DNA from: Guillardia theta CCMP2712
Lineage: Eukaryota > Protista > Cryptophyta
Direction: 5' to 3'
DNA length: 62,767 nucleotides
Assembly (NCBI RefSeq): GCF_000315625.1
Contig: NW_005434613.1
Location: forward strand, 278,457-341,223
Shown here: piece after piece, positions 1 to 16,915 of the stretch
Numbering within the stretch: the first letter of the stretch is position 1
Layout: each line of letters opens with the position of its first letter
Translations under genes and position numbers: made by a program
The notes under the pieces: generated by a model
Seen by the model: the letters and a program-made list of their open reading frames with translations, nothing else
Database searches by the model: none
What the model was told of the DNA's origin: nothing

Positions 1-89
1 GGAGAGAGAGAGAGAGAGGAGGGAGGGGAGGGGAAAGGAGTGGGAGGAGAGGAGAGGGAGGCGGGGGGTTTCGCTAATTGTTTCTACAG

Positions 90-208
90 GCAACAGGCAT
101 TCCTTTCGATAAGATGTTGTTCTTTGATGATTGCAACTGGGGAGATCATTGTACAAGAGTTTCTCAGAGGTGAGAGAAGAGAATGAAGAGATCGGGGAGA
201 GAGGGAGA

Positions 209-241
<33 letters not shown>

Positions 242-706
242 AAAGATGGGATTCCAAAGTGCTCATGTGGAATGAAAAGGTGCTTGGAGGACAACGGGAA
301 AGGAGTGATTGCGCACAAGACCCCGAACGGTCTTGGAATCAACGAGTGGAAGGCGGTAAGATGATGATAATGACGTTGATGATGATGATAATGACGATGA
401 TGGTGATGATGATGATGCTGTTGATTGTTGGTTATGATGATGATGTTGATTGTTGGTGATGGTGATGATGATGGTGGTGGTGATGATGATGATGGTGATG
501 ATTGTTGGTTATGATGATGATGATGATGGTGATGGTGATGGTGATGGTGATGGTGATGGTGATGAGTTCAGCTTTCCCACGTTCCCCATCTTTCCCGCAC
601 CCATATCTCAACCTCCTCTCCTCTCCTCTCCTCTCTTCCTCCTCCTCCTCTCCTTCTCATCATTGAGTTGCAGGGCCTCAAGAAGTATTCAGAAGCGAGG
701 AAGTAA
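90..706 (+). CDS. Magnesium-dependent phosphatase-1 (MDP-1)-like HAD phosphatase, last three exons (5' part outside window)
   Basis: Exons 90-169, 280-355 and 674-706 (GT-AG introns) splice in frame to ATGIPFDKMLFFDDCNWGDHCTRVSQRCLEDNGKGVIAHKTPNGLGINEWKAGLKKYSEARK*. TGIP..MLFFDD matches HAD motif IV of the MDP-1 family. Confidence 0.72.
361..563. repeat. Intronic (GAT/GGT)n microsatellite
   Basis: Imperfect GAT/GGT triplet tract inside intron 356-673. Confidence 0.9.
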
Positions 707-1031
707 TGACGCTTCTCAGCTGCTTCTCAGCTGCTCTATGATACAGAAATACAGCAAGAAAGGGGACAAACGTTTTAAGTGAAGGACCCTGGGATGGGTC
801 GAGAGGAAGGCAGGAGGATGGGAGGAAAGGAAGGAAGAGCACAGGCAGGAGCAGGAAGAGAAGGAGAGAAGAAGGACAGAGAACTCAGGGGGAGAGTGCA
901 AGGTAGAATCGAGACGAAATGGGGAGGAGGAGGAAGGGGAGGAGGAGGAGGAGGAAGGGCAGGAGGAGGAAGGGGAGGGGGAGGAGGAGGAGGAGACTTT
1001 GTCGATGTTGTCGGGGGGCACAACAGGAGCT

Positions 1032-4474
<3,443 letters not shown>

Positions 4475-4739
4475 TGCGAGACAGGAACTGACGAGGAATG
4501 AAAATGAATCAGCTACTCTGTGTCAACCTGATGCCAACAATGTGAGCATGGGAGAAAGAACAGCTCCTATCTGTCCCTCACCTCCGATCGCCATCGTATC
4601 TCCCCGCCTCTCCCTTGCCACTCTTCCGACTTGGTTGAGATCGCTTATGAGTACTTTTTTTTTCTTTTACAGTTGCGGAAGTTTTTCAGACTGAGATTTC
4701 ACGGTGCACAAGTTCAGTAACGGTTACTGACAACTCCAG

Positions 4740-6100
4740 GCGAGTCGCCCAGTGGAGTCTGGGCTGGGCACGTCACGGCGCCCGGTGCGGCCATCACCCT
4801 GCCAGGCTGCCGGCGCGGCTGTCGGATCCGATCACTCGGATCATCACCTGAGAAGTTAATCTGTCTAGGCTCACCGCCAGCGCCGCCGGGCCGGTCGGGG
4901 CCGACGGTCAGGCCCGGCCAGATCCGATCCGATGATCATGCATGACTGCCAGTGTGACTGACTGTGAATGTACACTGCCAGCTGTGACTCCGACTCACTT
5001 CGGACGGCAACTCAGAATTCCGAAGCAGTTCCTAATCCGCCGACCGTGAGTCGGGCGGCCGGGGCCCGGCGGGCCCGTCACGGTCCGGTCTTCCGAATGT
5101 CGGACCTGGTTTGACCCGACCCGGTGCGTACTGAGGAGACCGTCACCGTGCCCCGGGGAGTTTCGGAAATAAAAAAAAACTCAACTTTTCAAAAACAATG
5201 GAGTAAACTGAAAGGGGGTGGGAGGGAGAGGGGAGGGGTGGGTGAGACTACCCGTGGAAATATCGCAAAGACCCTTTTGGAACGGGGTGGTGATCGGGGA
5301 TTTACATGGTGGGGTTACTCTAGGAGTAGAGTTGCGGAAAGAAGACACGAGCCTCATGGGTAGGGTGGTTCACTTGGGAGATATGAAGATGGGTGGGGTG
5401 AATTTGAAACAGAAATACAGGGGTACAGGGGTGGATAAGAATGGGGTCCTCACCAACGTCTGCCTTTGAAAGGGGTGGGTTCTAAATCACTCTGAAGTAG
5501 GGGTAGGGTGGTCGGTTGCTGACAACCCCCAACCTGATCGTATACGAAGGATCTTTTAATGCTACAAAATGCACTGGCAAGTGTGCCGGGGGGGGGGTAG
5601 GGGTGGGGTCAAGGGGGTCGGGGGTGGCATGCTGAGATGTTGCGCCCCCCAGAGGAGGCGGAACTCCCTAGGGGGGTAGGGGTCCGGTGATGTGGAACGT
5701 ACAATGGACTACCGGTCCGCCTCGTCAGGCCCCGACCGGCTGTTCGAAACCAGAGTAGGTTTACAGTGACACCGGTAGTCTTCCGGTGTCAATGAGGGGT
5801 GTTCAAGGTAGTCCGAGTGGTTCATAGACCCTGGCAACTAGTGTACCAGTAGTATATGTCCATCCAATAGGTGGGGTGGGGTAGTGGATAGAACTACATC
5901 AGGGGGGTGCGGTGGTCGTTCGAGTAGATGAAGGGTCTTTAGGAGGGGTGGTCAGCTCTGGTCACTACCCACCCAACTTGCTCCAGGCTGTAGCGCTAGG
6001 GTATTTTGGTACTACGAAAGGGCTGGGGTGGGTGGGGTCACCAGGTGTGTTACCAATGGCATTCAGGGCGACTCAGACTCGAGATGAGGGTGAGGGAGAA
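4740..6100. other. Intergenic palindrome-dense GC core (4740-5155) followed by GGGGT-rich tract with G-quadruplex potential
   Basis: CCGG/GATC/GGCC-rich micro-palindromes, then many GGGGT/GGGGTAG words, e.g. G10-TA-G4-T-G4-TCAA-G5-TC-G5 at 5588-5624. No convincing ORF. Confidence 0.6.
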
Positions 6101-6379
6101 TGACGAAGATGGCGAGAGAGGAGACGATGAGAAGGAGGAGGATACAGCTTGTTGGTTGAGAGACGGAGAGATTGGGAGATCATAGGTCAATCGAATTGAG
6201 GGAACTTTACATCCATTGGAGCAGGTGCAAGACTGGATTCAAAAACATCGTATGCCATTTCAATGAGATCACTACGATCGCCATTCGATGTTGTAGCTAG
6301 AAACATACATTGTGGCTGGATCTTCTCCCTATTGCAGTGATGGGGATTGTTGAATTCCTCATTCGTGCGTGAAAGAGAG

Positions 6380-9300
6380 ATGAAGAAAATGAAAAAACGC
6401 GAGGTATTGTCGTTGCTCTGCATCTTGCTTGTACACAAATCCCTGCAACAGAGTGACTGCAACAGCAAGAGAACTGATACCAGCTGTACCAATCTTGGCT
6501 GTACATGGGTTGAAGGCAATATTCCCCCCTGTATCGATTCAACCACTCCACAGACTACCCCTTCACCTGACTCCTCTTCGTCAAAGCACAACCATTCTTT
6601 GAATTCAACAAATTTGGCTGCAGCAGATCCATGCGGTCCAGGCTTCTATGGAGAGGACGGTGGTCCATGCTATCCTTGCGAGGTAGGAACGTACAAGTCG
6701 GTCTTCGGGTCTCAGAACTGTAGCGTGTGTCAGATGAATCAAACTACAATTAACGTTTCAGCAACGAATGTATCTTTATGTGTGTGTATGAAAGGATTCT
6801 TTCGAACAGAGGATAATCTCTGCGAATTGTGTCCAGCTGGAAAGTACAAGAATGCATCAGGAAATTTCCCGTGCTTTGACTGTCCAGGAAATTCTACTTC
6901 TTTTGGCAGCCGAGACAATATCAGTACGTGCGAATGCACAAAATATTTTAGTGGACAAAATGGTGGATATTGCACAAAGTGCAAATACGAGAAAGCAGAA
7001 GATGCTAAGGGGTCGGATCCTTGTCCTGCTTGCTACCCGAATGCAATCCAAATCACACGGGGAGACAACCAGTCGATTTGCATCTGCAAGGAAGGCTACC
7101 ATGGTCAAGATGGAGTGGGTTGTAAGAAGTGTCCCGAGGGAACATACAAGTCAGTCACAGGCAATGCCTCTTGCTCTCAATGCCCGAAGTATGCTACATC
7201 GGACCCTGCCAGCACAGGTATCCTTGACTGTAGTTGTGACAAGGGGTATACCGGAAATGGCTCCGTAGCCTGCGAAGCATGTCCTGCAGGCACTTACAAA
7301 GATGCCGTAGGCTCAGGACCTTGTCTCAACTGTACGTTCGCGTCGGTATCAGACAGCGGGAGTGCTCGATGTCAATGCATTGAAGGATACACCAGCACAG
7401 AGTCAAAAACTTGCCAAATGTGTGAGAGTGGAAAGTACAAGAGCCAAGTCAGTAACCGCAAGTGCAGTGATTGTCCTAGTCATTCCACGTCTCCTGTTGG
7501 AAGCTCTCTCAAGTCAAATTGTTCTTGTCTCGCCGGATACGCATACGTGGATGGCAAGGACTGTAAAGCTTGTTCTCCAGGCACGTACAAGGCCGATCAA
7601 GGCAACGGGCAGTGCTTGCCTTGTCCTCAAAACCAGAGCTCTAATTCCGCTTCGACTTCCTGCACCTGCAAGAAAGGATACACTAAGGTGAACAACGAGT
7701 CTCTCTGCTTGCCCTGTGATGTTGGTAAGTACAAAGCAACCTTGGGTACAGACTCTTGCACTGAGTGCCCGGTGAATTCAACTACGGCTGCTGAAGGCAG
7801 CTCTGAAGTGAATCAGTGCATTTGTAGCAATGGATACACCATCAGTGCAAACAAGTGCATGAAGTGCAACCAAGATGAATACATCTCGAATGGCTCATGC
7901 TTCTCTTGCCCTGCTAACACCTTCAGCTCAGGTCTGACCATCGGAGTGAAGAGTTGCACATGCCCCGCTGGCTACTTCATTTCAAATTATTCAAATGTAA
8001 CAAATTCATTCAATTGTACATCATGTCCATCTGGAACTTACAATGATATGAGCGGACAGACGCACTGTCAGGCTTGCTTTGAGCATGCTACCTCCTACCT
8101 GGGTAGTGTGAACATCAGCTTCTGTCAGTGCGGCAGGGGGTTTGACTATTCCAATTTCACGTGCTCGCCGTGTGCGGTTGGGAAGTACAAAGATAAAGTT
8201 GGTAACGTGCAATGCAGCTCATGTCCAGAGAACAAGACTTCTCTGAAAGCCAGCACCAACATATCAGAGTGTATCTGCAAAGCAGGATATTCGCCAGAGG
8301 CCTTGGGATCCTGCATAGCATGTCCGGAGGGAAAATACAAGAGTGATCCGGGCCCTTCTGCATGTGAGCCTTGCCCATACAATTCCATCGCTCCGACAGC
8401 GAGTGATAAGTGCAGCCGATGTGCGAAAGGAACATATCGTGAGTTTCCAACGTCTCAAGTTTGCAAACCTTGCGGAGGGTCCAATGCGATTGCTTGTTTG
8501 TTCGACATTACGGGTGTTCAGCCACAATCTTGCTCAACATCTGGAGGTATCAAAATCCTTTTCAATGTTCTTGGTCTTGCAAAATCACAAAAGGTGGAAT
8601 GGGTACAGTTCCCCCCTAACAATTCACAACCGGTTCCTGTAAAAAAGATGTCAAAAACTCTTTTGTCTGCCGAATGTCCTGCAACTTCATTCCAGGGCAC
8701 CGATTTCGGTTTCTTGTTGGACTCAAAATTCCAGCGCCTCGCTAAGTTTTCATTCACATACAATTCTCCTATTCCTATCGTCTCTCCTTCAGCTGTCTTG
8801 ACGTCGTCCCAAGAACAGCTCAATGTCACCTTCTTCTCCTGGCCTTCAGGATTTCCGTCACGATGTTCCATTTACATCGGAACCCGCAATCTGTGGAATT
8901 ACTCTGGTTTTGTCGAAACGTCGAACTCTCTCTTCGTTTATGGAAGGACGCCTGCTATAAGCACTGCTCACACGCGATCCATCTTCTTTGAATGCGATGG
9001 TAAATATGATCCCACAGGAGGATACTTGACCGTCCTGGCATCGCCAGTGTTGCAAGATTTGAAATTCGGCAATGCAGATTGCAGCATTGTGAAGAGCTGC
9101 ACGTTGCAAGCTGTTCTAAGGAATATACCTTCCTCTTTCAATCAGCAGAGTGGCTTGGTTGTGGTAATTTATGGTCCTGGCGAGGAAATTCTGTTTTCCA
9201 ACGCCCGTGGAAATTTGCACCTCAGGTAATATAGGAATGTCTGCTATGAAGCTGACATGTGTGTTTCGATGAAGGTCTTGTCTTCTGACTCAGAAAAGCT

Positions 9301-12300
9301 AGCCATTGAGATCTTGATTCCTCCTTTGCTCAGGGCCGTGCAGACCAAGATCAGGATCGCCAGCAATGCTTCTGCCAACCTTGGCTTGCAAAGCTTCGAT
9401 TTCGAGAGGAATTTCTCTATCCCGCAGCCGGAGGCTCAAGTCTCATCCATCTCACCGTCTGAGCTGCCGTACAGCAAGTCGTCCAAGGTCAAAATGCACT
9501 TGACAGGCTTCCCTGTCTTGTCCAATGCTGGAGATTTGCAACTGAAAGTAGGAAGCAACTCGTTCTCTGTGACTGAGATTGTTTTCTCCGATATCTTTGG
9601 TGAGTCATGGACCGTCAGTTCACTTCCAATTAGTTTTGACCACTGTTCCGCAGGCAGTTCGGTTGTCGCGGTAGTATCGAGCAACATCCCAACATTGGAG
9701 ACTTTGACAGTGTCTCACAGCGACAAATCAGCGAGCATCGATGTATTGTTCTTCTCTGAAACAACAACGGCTGTATGCTTGAAAGGATGCATCGCTTCCG
9801 TGACAACGGCCAACGTCATTGAGATCCAACTCGCCGGATTCCCCCCGTCGCTCGCAGCTTCAAGTTTCAGCTTTACCTTTGGAAACACTTCGACAGACGT
9901 CAAGGAGCTGGTGGCCGCCGGTCAGAAATACCTCGTGAAGCTCGAGGTCCCTTCGCTCGCCCCGCAGTCGCAGCCGCGTCAGACTTATTTCTTGAGAGCA
10001 GCAGTCAAGCAAGACGCAAGCATCGCAGGTTTTGCTAACTTCACTCTCGTCCGATCGCCTCGGTTGACCGCCGCGACCTTCAACGGTTTCGGGTCGCATG
10101 TCAACCTTGACTTTGATCAGAACACAAACGCGCCGTTGGGCCAAGTCAATTGCACGTCAGTGGTGGCAGCAACCAACTTGTCTTCCCTCGGTCACGGATA
10201 TCAGTGTTACTGGCTCAGCCCCAACCAGCTCAAGGTCATCCTCGGAGGGGACGCCTCGCTCCTGCCCACAGACACTCTCACCTTCATCGGGCGCGTGAGC
10301 GACTTCGCCGGCATCTCCAGCACCGATGGGGTTGAACAGTCAGTTGTTGTGGGTGTTCCGAGCTCTTTGCCGACTCCGAAGATCACTTTGAGTGGACCGA
10401 ACCAGGTCTCGTACTGTGAGGAGGCGGTGCTGCTAGCAAACGTGGACTCCCCTCGGAAGGCAGCATTCAGCTGGACTGTTGTGAACGATGTTGCCCTCAA
10501 CAGCCTTGTAGCGAATGTTTCCGGTCCGGTCTTGACTTTGACCCCCGCCATGCTGCAAACGGGGATGACTTACAACCTCTCTGTTTCGGTCTTGACCTTT
10601 GTTGGGGCATCTGCGACCTCTTCGATTCAGAGTCTGTTCGTGAGCGCCAACCCGATCCCAACGCTCTTCATCGTCGCTCCTCCCTCCCCGTACGTTCGGC
10701 CCAACTCAATCTTCTTTGCCTCCCAGGCGACTTTCTCCCCGTGTGACACCAGCAAGGGAAAGCTCGACCTCTCTTGGGAGATCTCTCTTGCTGGTACGAG
10801 CATCCTTGCAGGAGAAGGTCCGTTCTTCGAAGTCAAAACCACTGACCTTGTCCCCGGCACCCAGTACACCTGCATATTGACTGGATACACTGCCCAGGGA
10901 GACATCTTGACGACTCAGGTTCCAGTGAGCATCCGGTATGCAGGGCCGAACGCCAAGGTTGAGGGAGGTAACCGAACGATCTCGCTGAAAGACGACGTGA
11001 CTCTCAACGCCTCGACGTCTCAAGATTTGGACACATGCAAAGGAGTCGTCCAAAACCAATCCTGCTCTTCATATCCTCTTGCCTTCCAGTGGTCATGCTA
11101 CCTATGTGGCAATCCCTGTAGGTCAGTCAACGGCACGCTTGTCGAGCTGCCGGCATTGCCTGCGTTTGTGTACAACTTCCAGAACCTGGACTTGTCGGCA
11201 TGCAGCGTCGTCCAGGCGCAAGTGCAGGTGTCGTCCGGGTCACAGATCGATGTCGCTTCCGTGTACCTGAACGTGACGAGCGCGCTGGTTCCAGGAGCAC
11301 AGATCCGGGTCGTGAGCGAGGACACTTTCATGGTCTCGCTGAAGGGGTCGTGCAGCCTCGCGTGCTCGCAGTACCGGTGGTCGATCTCTGACTCCAAGGG
11401 CAACGTCCTGGTGGGGTACTCATCTGCAGCTGAGAATCCGAACATTCCAGCTGGGATCAACGCGATGGAACTGCTGGTCTACCGCTCCTTCTTCACAGCG
11501 GGCACGTACACAATCCAGCTCTTGGCCACGAGCGGTGAGATCTCGGGGAGCGCGACCAAGTCGCTGTACATCTCCCTCCCTCCGTCCGGGGGCCAGTGCA
11601 CTGTCTCGCCGACGACAGGAGCTGCACTGACCGACACCTTCACGTGCTCGTGTGAGTACTGGACATCGGCCGCCATGCCTCTCTCCTACGTGTTTGCCAT
11701 CAGCCCCAACGGTCAAGGTTCCCAGGTGTCGTTGAGCGCTCCGTCCAGCTTGACCTCCTACTCCTTCTCGCTTCCAGCTGGAGTCTACCTGGTCCATGCG
11801 CAGGTCATAGACAGCGACGGAAACGTGGCGGTGTCCCAGTCAACTTCCATCAAGGCCGTGGAAGTTGCTGTGGTTGTCAATGCTTCCTCCCTTAGCGGCT
11901 CTCAGCTCGGTGACGTCAGCACCGTCATCAACAACATGAACAATCTCGGGAGCGTCTCGCAGATCCTGCAGCTGAGCTCGGGATTCGCAAGCAGCCTGGC
12001 AGGAGGGGGAGGAGCAAGGAGGAGGCTGCTAGCGTCGTCCCTCGCATACAGGATGAGGATGCGAAGTCTCCTGCTTCACTCCATGGCGAAAGGCTCCGTG
12101 CAATCTTCCATGAACGGGAGGACTGCCACGTCCGCCCTGTCCACGAGCTTCAAGCTGAGCGATCAGCCCTCGGAGGTTGACGTCTCGGCCCTGTCGGACT
12201 CAAGTCAGGTCGTCGGCTCCTGCGCGAGCTTCCTCAAGGCTAGCGACTTGCGGCAGGGGTCGTTTGCCAGCCTCTTTGCGACTGAGGACAAGATCTTGCA

Positions 12301-13405
12301 GGCGTCGAAGAGTTTCAACGGAACTCTCAAGGAAGTCACAATGCTAACTGTCGTCAAAGTGCTCCTGCAGGCCAGCGACGTCTACCTGACGTCGATGGTG
12401 CCGTCAGAGCAGCCAGTCTCCTTCTCTTCCTCCAACATGAAGATGATGACCCTCCGGCTCAGCCCCGACCTGCAGCTCTACAACTTCTCCACCTGGACTT
12501 ACTCGTTCGACCTGTCGTTTGCCAAACCCGATGGCGAGCTCCTGCTTCAGAGCGGAGACCTTGGGCTGTACGTGTTGGAGATGTACTCGTTCTGGAGCAT
12601 GGACCAGCTGCATGCTCTGCAGTACATTCATGTCTCTCAGAGGCCCATCCTACTCCATCCCCTCAACCCAAGTCAACCCTCGGCAACCTCTGCCTTTCAA
12701 TGCTTGCCCAAGGGCTCTCTCTGCCTCAAGTTGAGACTTTCTTTCCCTCGGGTGCAAGTCAACGGTACCGGCAACTACCTTGTCGACCTCAGACTTCAGC
12801 TTGCGTGCGTCTTGTGGACCACCGACGTCAGCTCCTGGTCCTTCGATGCCTGCGAGCTGTCATCCCTGAAGGAGGAGAACCAGACGTTTCTCTCTGCTAC
12901 CTGTGCATGCTCCAGGTCCGGCACCCTTGTCGTGGTGCAGAACCTAAGGCATTCGGAGATCAACCCGGCGCTGGGGCTGATGCCGAAGAAGAGGCAGGTT
13001 GGAGAATGGCCCGTCGTGACCACCTCACTCTTCGCACTGCTCTCCTTCTTCCTTGTCGCGCTTGTGATGTTCAGGAACAACAGCCTGAACAGCTTCTTGG
13101 ACGAGCGGAATGAGCCCAGCAACGGGATTCAGCATGAGTTTCAGACGCTCATCGGAGATGTAGTGTTCGGAACCCTCGGCAACGAGGAGAAGAAACAGAT
13201 TCCGAGCATGACCACCTCACACTACAAGAAGGAGTACTCGAGGTTGCACGACGACTACTTGGACGACATCTGTCAGAGCAAGAACTTTTATCACTCCATC
13301 TGGTTCAAGGAGGGAGTCTTTTGTAAGACCCTTAGGAAGTTCGACTCAAAGGGCATTAGGAGGAAGAAGTGCAAGGTGCCTGACACGTCTTACAAGCTGA
13401 CTTGA
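6380..13405 (+). CDS. Giant cell-surface protein A: signal peptide, GCC2/GCC3 (ephrin-receptor-like) Cys-rich repeats, IPT/TIG-like, REJ/PKD-like, GPS-like domain, one TM
   Basis: ORFs 6347-9229 and 9257-13405. Repeats of C..GTYK...G...C..CP...C.C..G(Y/F); REJ motifs EGGNRT..LNASTSQDLD..FQWSC and PPSGGQCTVSPTTG..FTCSC..W..PLSY; GPS-like CVLW..W...C...CAC; TM WPVVTTSLFALLSFFLVALVMF. The junction phase near 9225/9275 is unresolved. Confidence 0.8.
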
Positions 13406-13573
13406 GCCCGAGAGTCTGGGCGAACCCCATCCGATCAACTTGATGTTTCTGCAACTAGCTCTATATTTTCCTTGCTTTCTCTCTTTTCTTTGGTTTTCTG
13501 TTACGTATACACCAGAAACTCTCATCCTTGTTCCTTTATAAGCACAACAGAACTGTCATGGCCTGACGTTCAT

Positions 13574-13814
13574 CTACTTGGCGTTAGCTTTCCCCGTCTT
13601 GGTCTTTCGCTTCTTCACTGCCTTGGGCATCTGCTCCCCGTCACTTGAGCGAGCAGCACTTCATTGTTACCTTTGCTTTCCTCGCCTCTGCCTTCTCCGC
13701 TTTCACCAGCTTCTTCCACTCCGCCTTGGACATGGTCGATTTTCTTGCGAGCGTTGGATCCTTTGGCCTGCCAGACCCCTCGTCCCCCTCGTCCTCCCCC
13801 TCCCCCTCCCCGTC

Positions 13815-13856
<42 letters not shown>

Positions 13857-16293
13857 CTCCTCTTCGCTGTCGGAGTGACTTACTGCCTTCACCCTCGTCT
13901 GGCTGGAGGTGATGGAGGACTGCGACAACTTGCTCGCCTTTGCCCCTCCCCGTTCCTCCTCCTCCTCCTCCTCCTCCTCCTCCTCCTCCTCTAGCCCGTC
14001 GAAGTCCTTCTTCCTGCTCTGCGAGCTCTTGTCGTTCTTGTGGCTGAACACATTCCTCACGCTCTTCTTCTCCTCCACCTCATCGCCCTCATCCTCCATC
14101 ATCCCCACGGTCCCGTAGAACCCTGACACCCCGACGTCAGCAGGACCTTTCCCAGCTCGCGCCCTCGAGCTGCTCACCTGGTCGGTCAGGGATCGGCTCC
14201 AAGTTGCCGTCGTCGTCGATCAGCTCGTCGTCTAGCTCGTCGTCCTCGAACGTCCCTCGTTGCGCTTCCAGTAGCGCCAGGCTGGAGGTCATGCCGGTGA
14301 CGGTGCCGTAGTATAGCTTCTTGTCTCCTTCCTCCAGCCGCTGCTTTTCTCTCTGCGGGGATCGGACAGTGAGAAGAGAGAGAGAGAGGCGGGGGGCGTC
14401 GCAGCCGATGTGTAGCATGATGGTGGAAGAAGAGCGGAGAGCGGAGAGACGGGGGAGGAGCTGAAGGTTGATAACCCTGGAGGAGGGAGGAGGGAGGAGG
14501 GAGGAGGGAGGAGGGAGGAGGGAGGAGGGAGGAGGGAGGGGCGAGGTGAGAAAGAATGATGGGAGGAAGGAACGATAGGAGTAGGAACTAGGACAAGGCA
14601 GGAGCAAGGAGGGAGGTGAGAGGAGGGAAGAGGCAGGAGGAAGGAGGAGAGTGGAGAAAAGGAAAGAGACGTCTGATAAAGAAGAGGATCACCAGGAAAT
14701 GCTTCTCCTCGATCTGTGAGAGATTCTGCGGGATGAACGCCTGCTGGAAAACTGCCGCCTCCACCTCGTCCTCAGCTGTGATGGTCTGCTCGACGACGCG
14801 GCTCTGGAGCTGCATCAAGTATTTCTCAGCTTCCTCCACTTTGTCCCCTATGCTCTCGTCCACGCAGAAGTCGAAGAGCTGCCGGACCGTCATGGTGTTG
14901 ACGCCCTTCTTGTGGAAAAAGTCGTTGACGTTCGCCGCGTCCCTGCGGAGGAACTCGAGGGCGTTGGGGTGATCAAGGTCGACGGCCTGAGAGACGTCGA
15001 TGATGTAGAGGGTGCCATGCAAGTAGAGCATGTTGTACTCTGACAGGTCTCCGTGCACGAGTTTGCATCGCTGGTACATCATGCGCATGTACATGACGCA
15101 GTCGAAGTAAGCCTTGCACATCTTGTCGTCACTGAGCTGCACGTCCTTGAGCCTTCTTGCAGCCTTGCCGTTCTTGCCTGCCAGCAGCACGTCAGTCATG
15201 CAGGGAGGGCAGGGAGTCAGCGCACAGACCGATGAACTCCATGAGGAGGAGGTGAAGTCGGAGGAGGAGAGGTGTCGGGCAGGGAATGCCAGCTGCTTGC
15301 ATCCTGCTGAGGTTGCGGAACTCCTTCTCAGCCCACATCTTCACCATCTTCCTCGGGTTGTGCTTGCTGTAGCCGTTCCTGAAGCGATAGTCGCCGCTGA
15401 CGTACTTGTCTCGGTCCTTGAAGACCAGGATGCTGGTTTTGTAGACCTTGATCGCCAGCTCGCCCTCACTCCCATCAAGACTTGTGATGTCCTTCACTCC
15501 ATGCGCGTGCAGGAACTCAGGCGAGGTGGTCGCATAGTACACGTTCGCCTCCTTCCCTGTGCTGATGCAACCGTGGATGCTGTGAAGAGTCTCCTTGTTC
15601 AAGAGCTTGTACAGCACCATCCTCGTCCTCGGGTCCAGCACTTGGTCGGTCGTCGCACGGTCAGCCTTGTCGGTCGTCCTGCCTTGTCTCTCGCTCTTGC
15701 TCTCTCCCTCGAACACGCCTCTCTGCACGCTGTCCTCTAGCTCTTGCAGCCTCTTCTCGTTCATCGTAGCCGTACAAATCTTCCTCTCAACCTTAGCATG
15801 CCGCACTGACGCAGGTTGAAACTTCTTGATAATGGTCGCCTGATCAATGCCGGACGAGTCGCCCAGCTCCTTCTTCTGCCCCTTCTGCTGCTTGAACTTC
15901 GCCTGCCAACGTCCCCTCAACTTCCCACCTCCGTCACCTCAAACCCTACCATGATCACTGCATGTTGACTGGCGGCTGTGTTGGGCCTGTTCCCAGCCAC
16001 CTCCGCCTTGAACGTCTTAGTGAAGTTTCCGCTAACTCCCTGCGCCATTGGTGAGAAGCGCGTCTGACTTGACCTACTTTTACCTGATGCCCGTCAAACC
16101 ACATGAGGTCGTCTTCGTAGAAATCCTCTTCCTCCTCCTCTTCCTCCTCTCCTGCTTCTCCTCCCCTCTCCTCGTCTTCCCGCTCGTCTGCATGCGCAAC
16201 TCTCGTCTGCAACGAGAGCTCGTGTACGTCCTGCACGATGTCTTGTGGCTCAGCAAACTTCTTCATCTCCTCCTGCGACATCTTCACGACCAT
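13574..16293 (-). CDS. RIO1: RIO1 atypical Ser/Thr kinase (40S ribosome maturation), multi-exon
   Basis: [81 protein letters not shown]. Acidic/basic tail ends [18 protein letters not shown] (stop 13574-13576). Confidence 0.95.
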
Positions 16294-16915
16294 CGCTCCT
16301 CAACTCAACGAGAACGCACAGCTTGTATGGAGGAGTGAGACAAGATGGGAGCCGAAGAAGTTTCGTCGGCATCTTCGAACTGAGACGACCTCATCTCAAC
16401 CAGGAGATGCTAACAACAACAAACATTAGCTCCTCCGACAACAACAGGTGGGCGCAGAAATCTATCCCCTTCACCATTGCCATGCTCTGCCCCTTTCCGT
16501 CATATTGCATTGTTGACTCCTACACCACCAGGCCTTCACCCTGTACCCCTTCCTCTCCTCCCGCTACCCTCTTCCCCTCTTCCCCCTCCTCGTCTCCTCC
16601 TCCTCGTCTCCTCCTCCTCATCTCCTCTTCCTCCTCCTCCTCTCCTCCTTCTCTCCTCCTCCTCCTCGTCCTCGTCGTCCTCGTCGTCTACTCCTCCACG
16701 CTCCGTTCCGCACGTGCATTGTCATTGCAATCGGCTCTGGGGCGAGCGCGAGTGATAAAAAGATATTTGCATGCCCGGCGTTGCCTTTCATACCCTTTAA
16801 GCGAGATCATAGTTATTTTAGGTTGATTCGAGCAAATACCACTAATTTAAGTAAGAAGTGAGCTAAATTAAGTGAAAAGTGGGTGTTGACTGGTGCTGTT
16901 CACTGAAGCGGCGCC

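Noticed and set aside
5124-6103. Telomeric repeat or small ORFs in the G-rich tract
   Set aside because: No fixed periodic unit; ORFs are short and compositionally biased.
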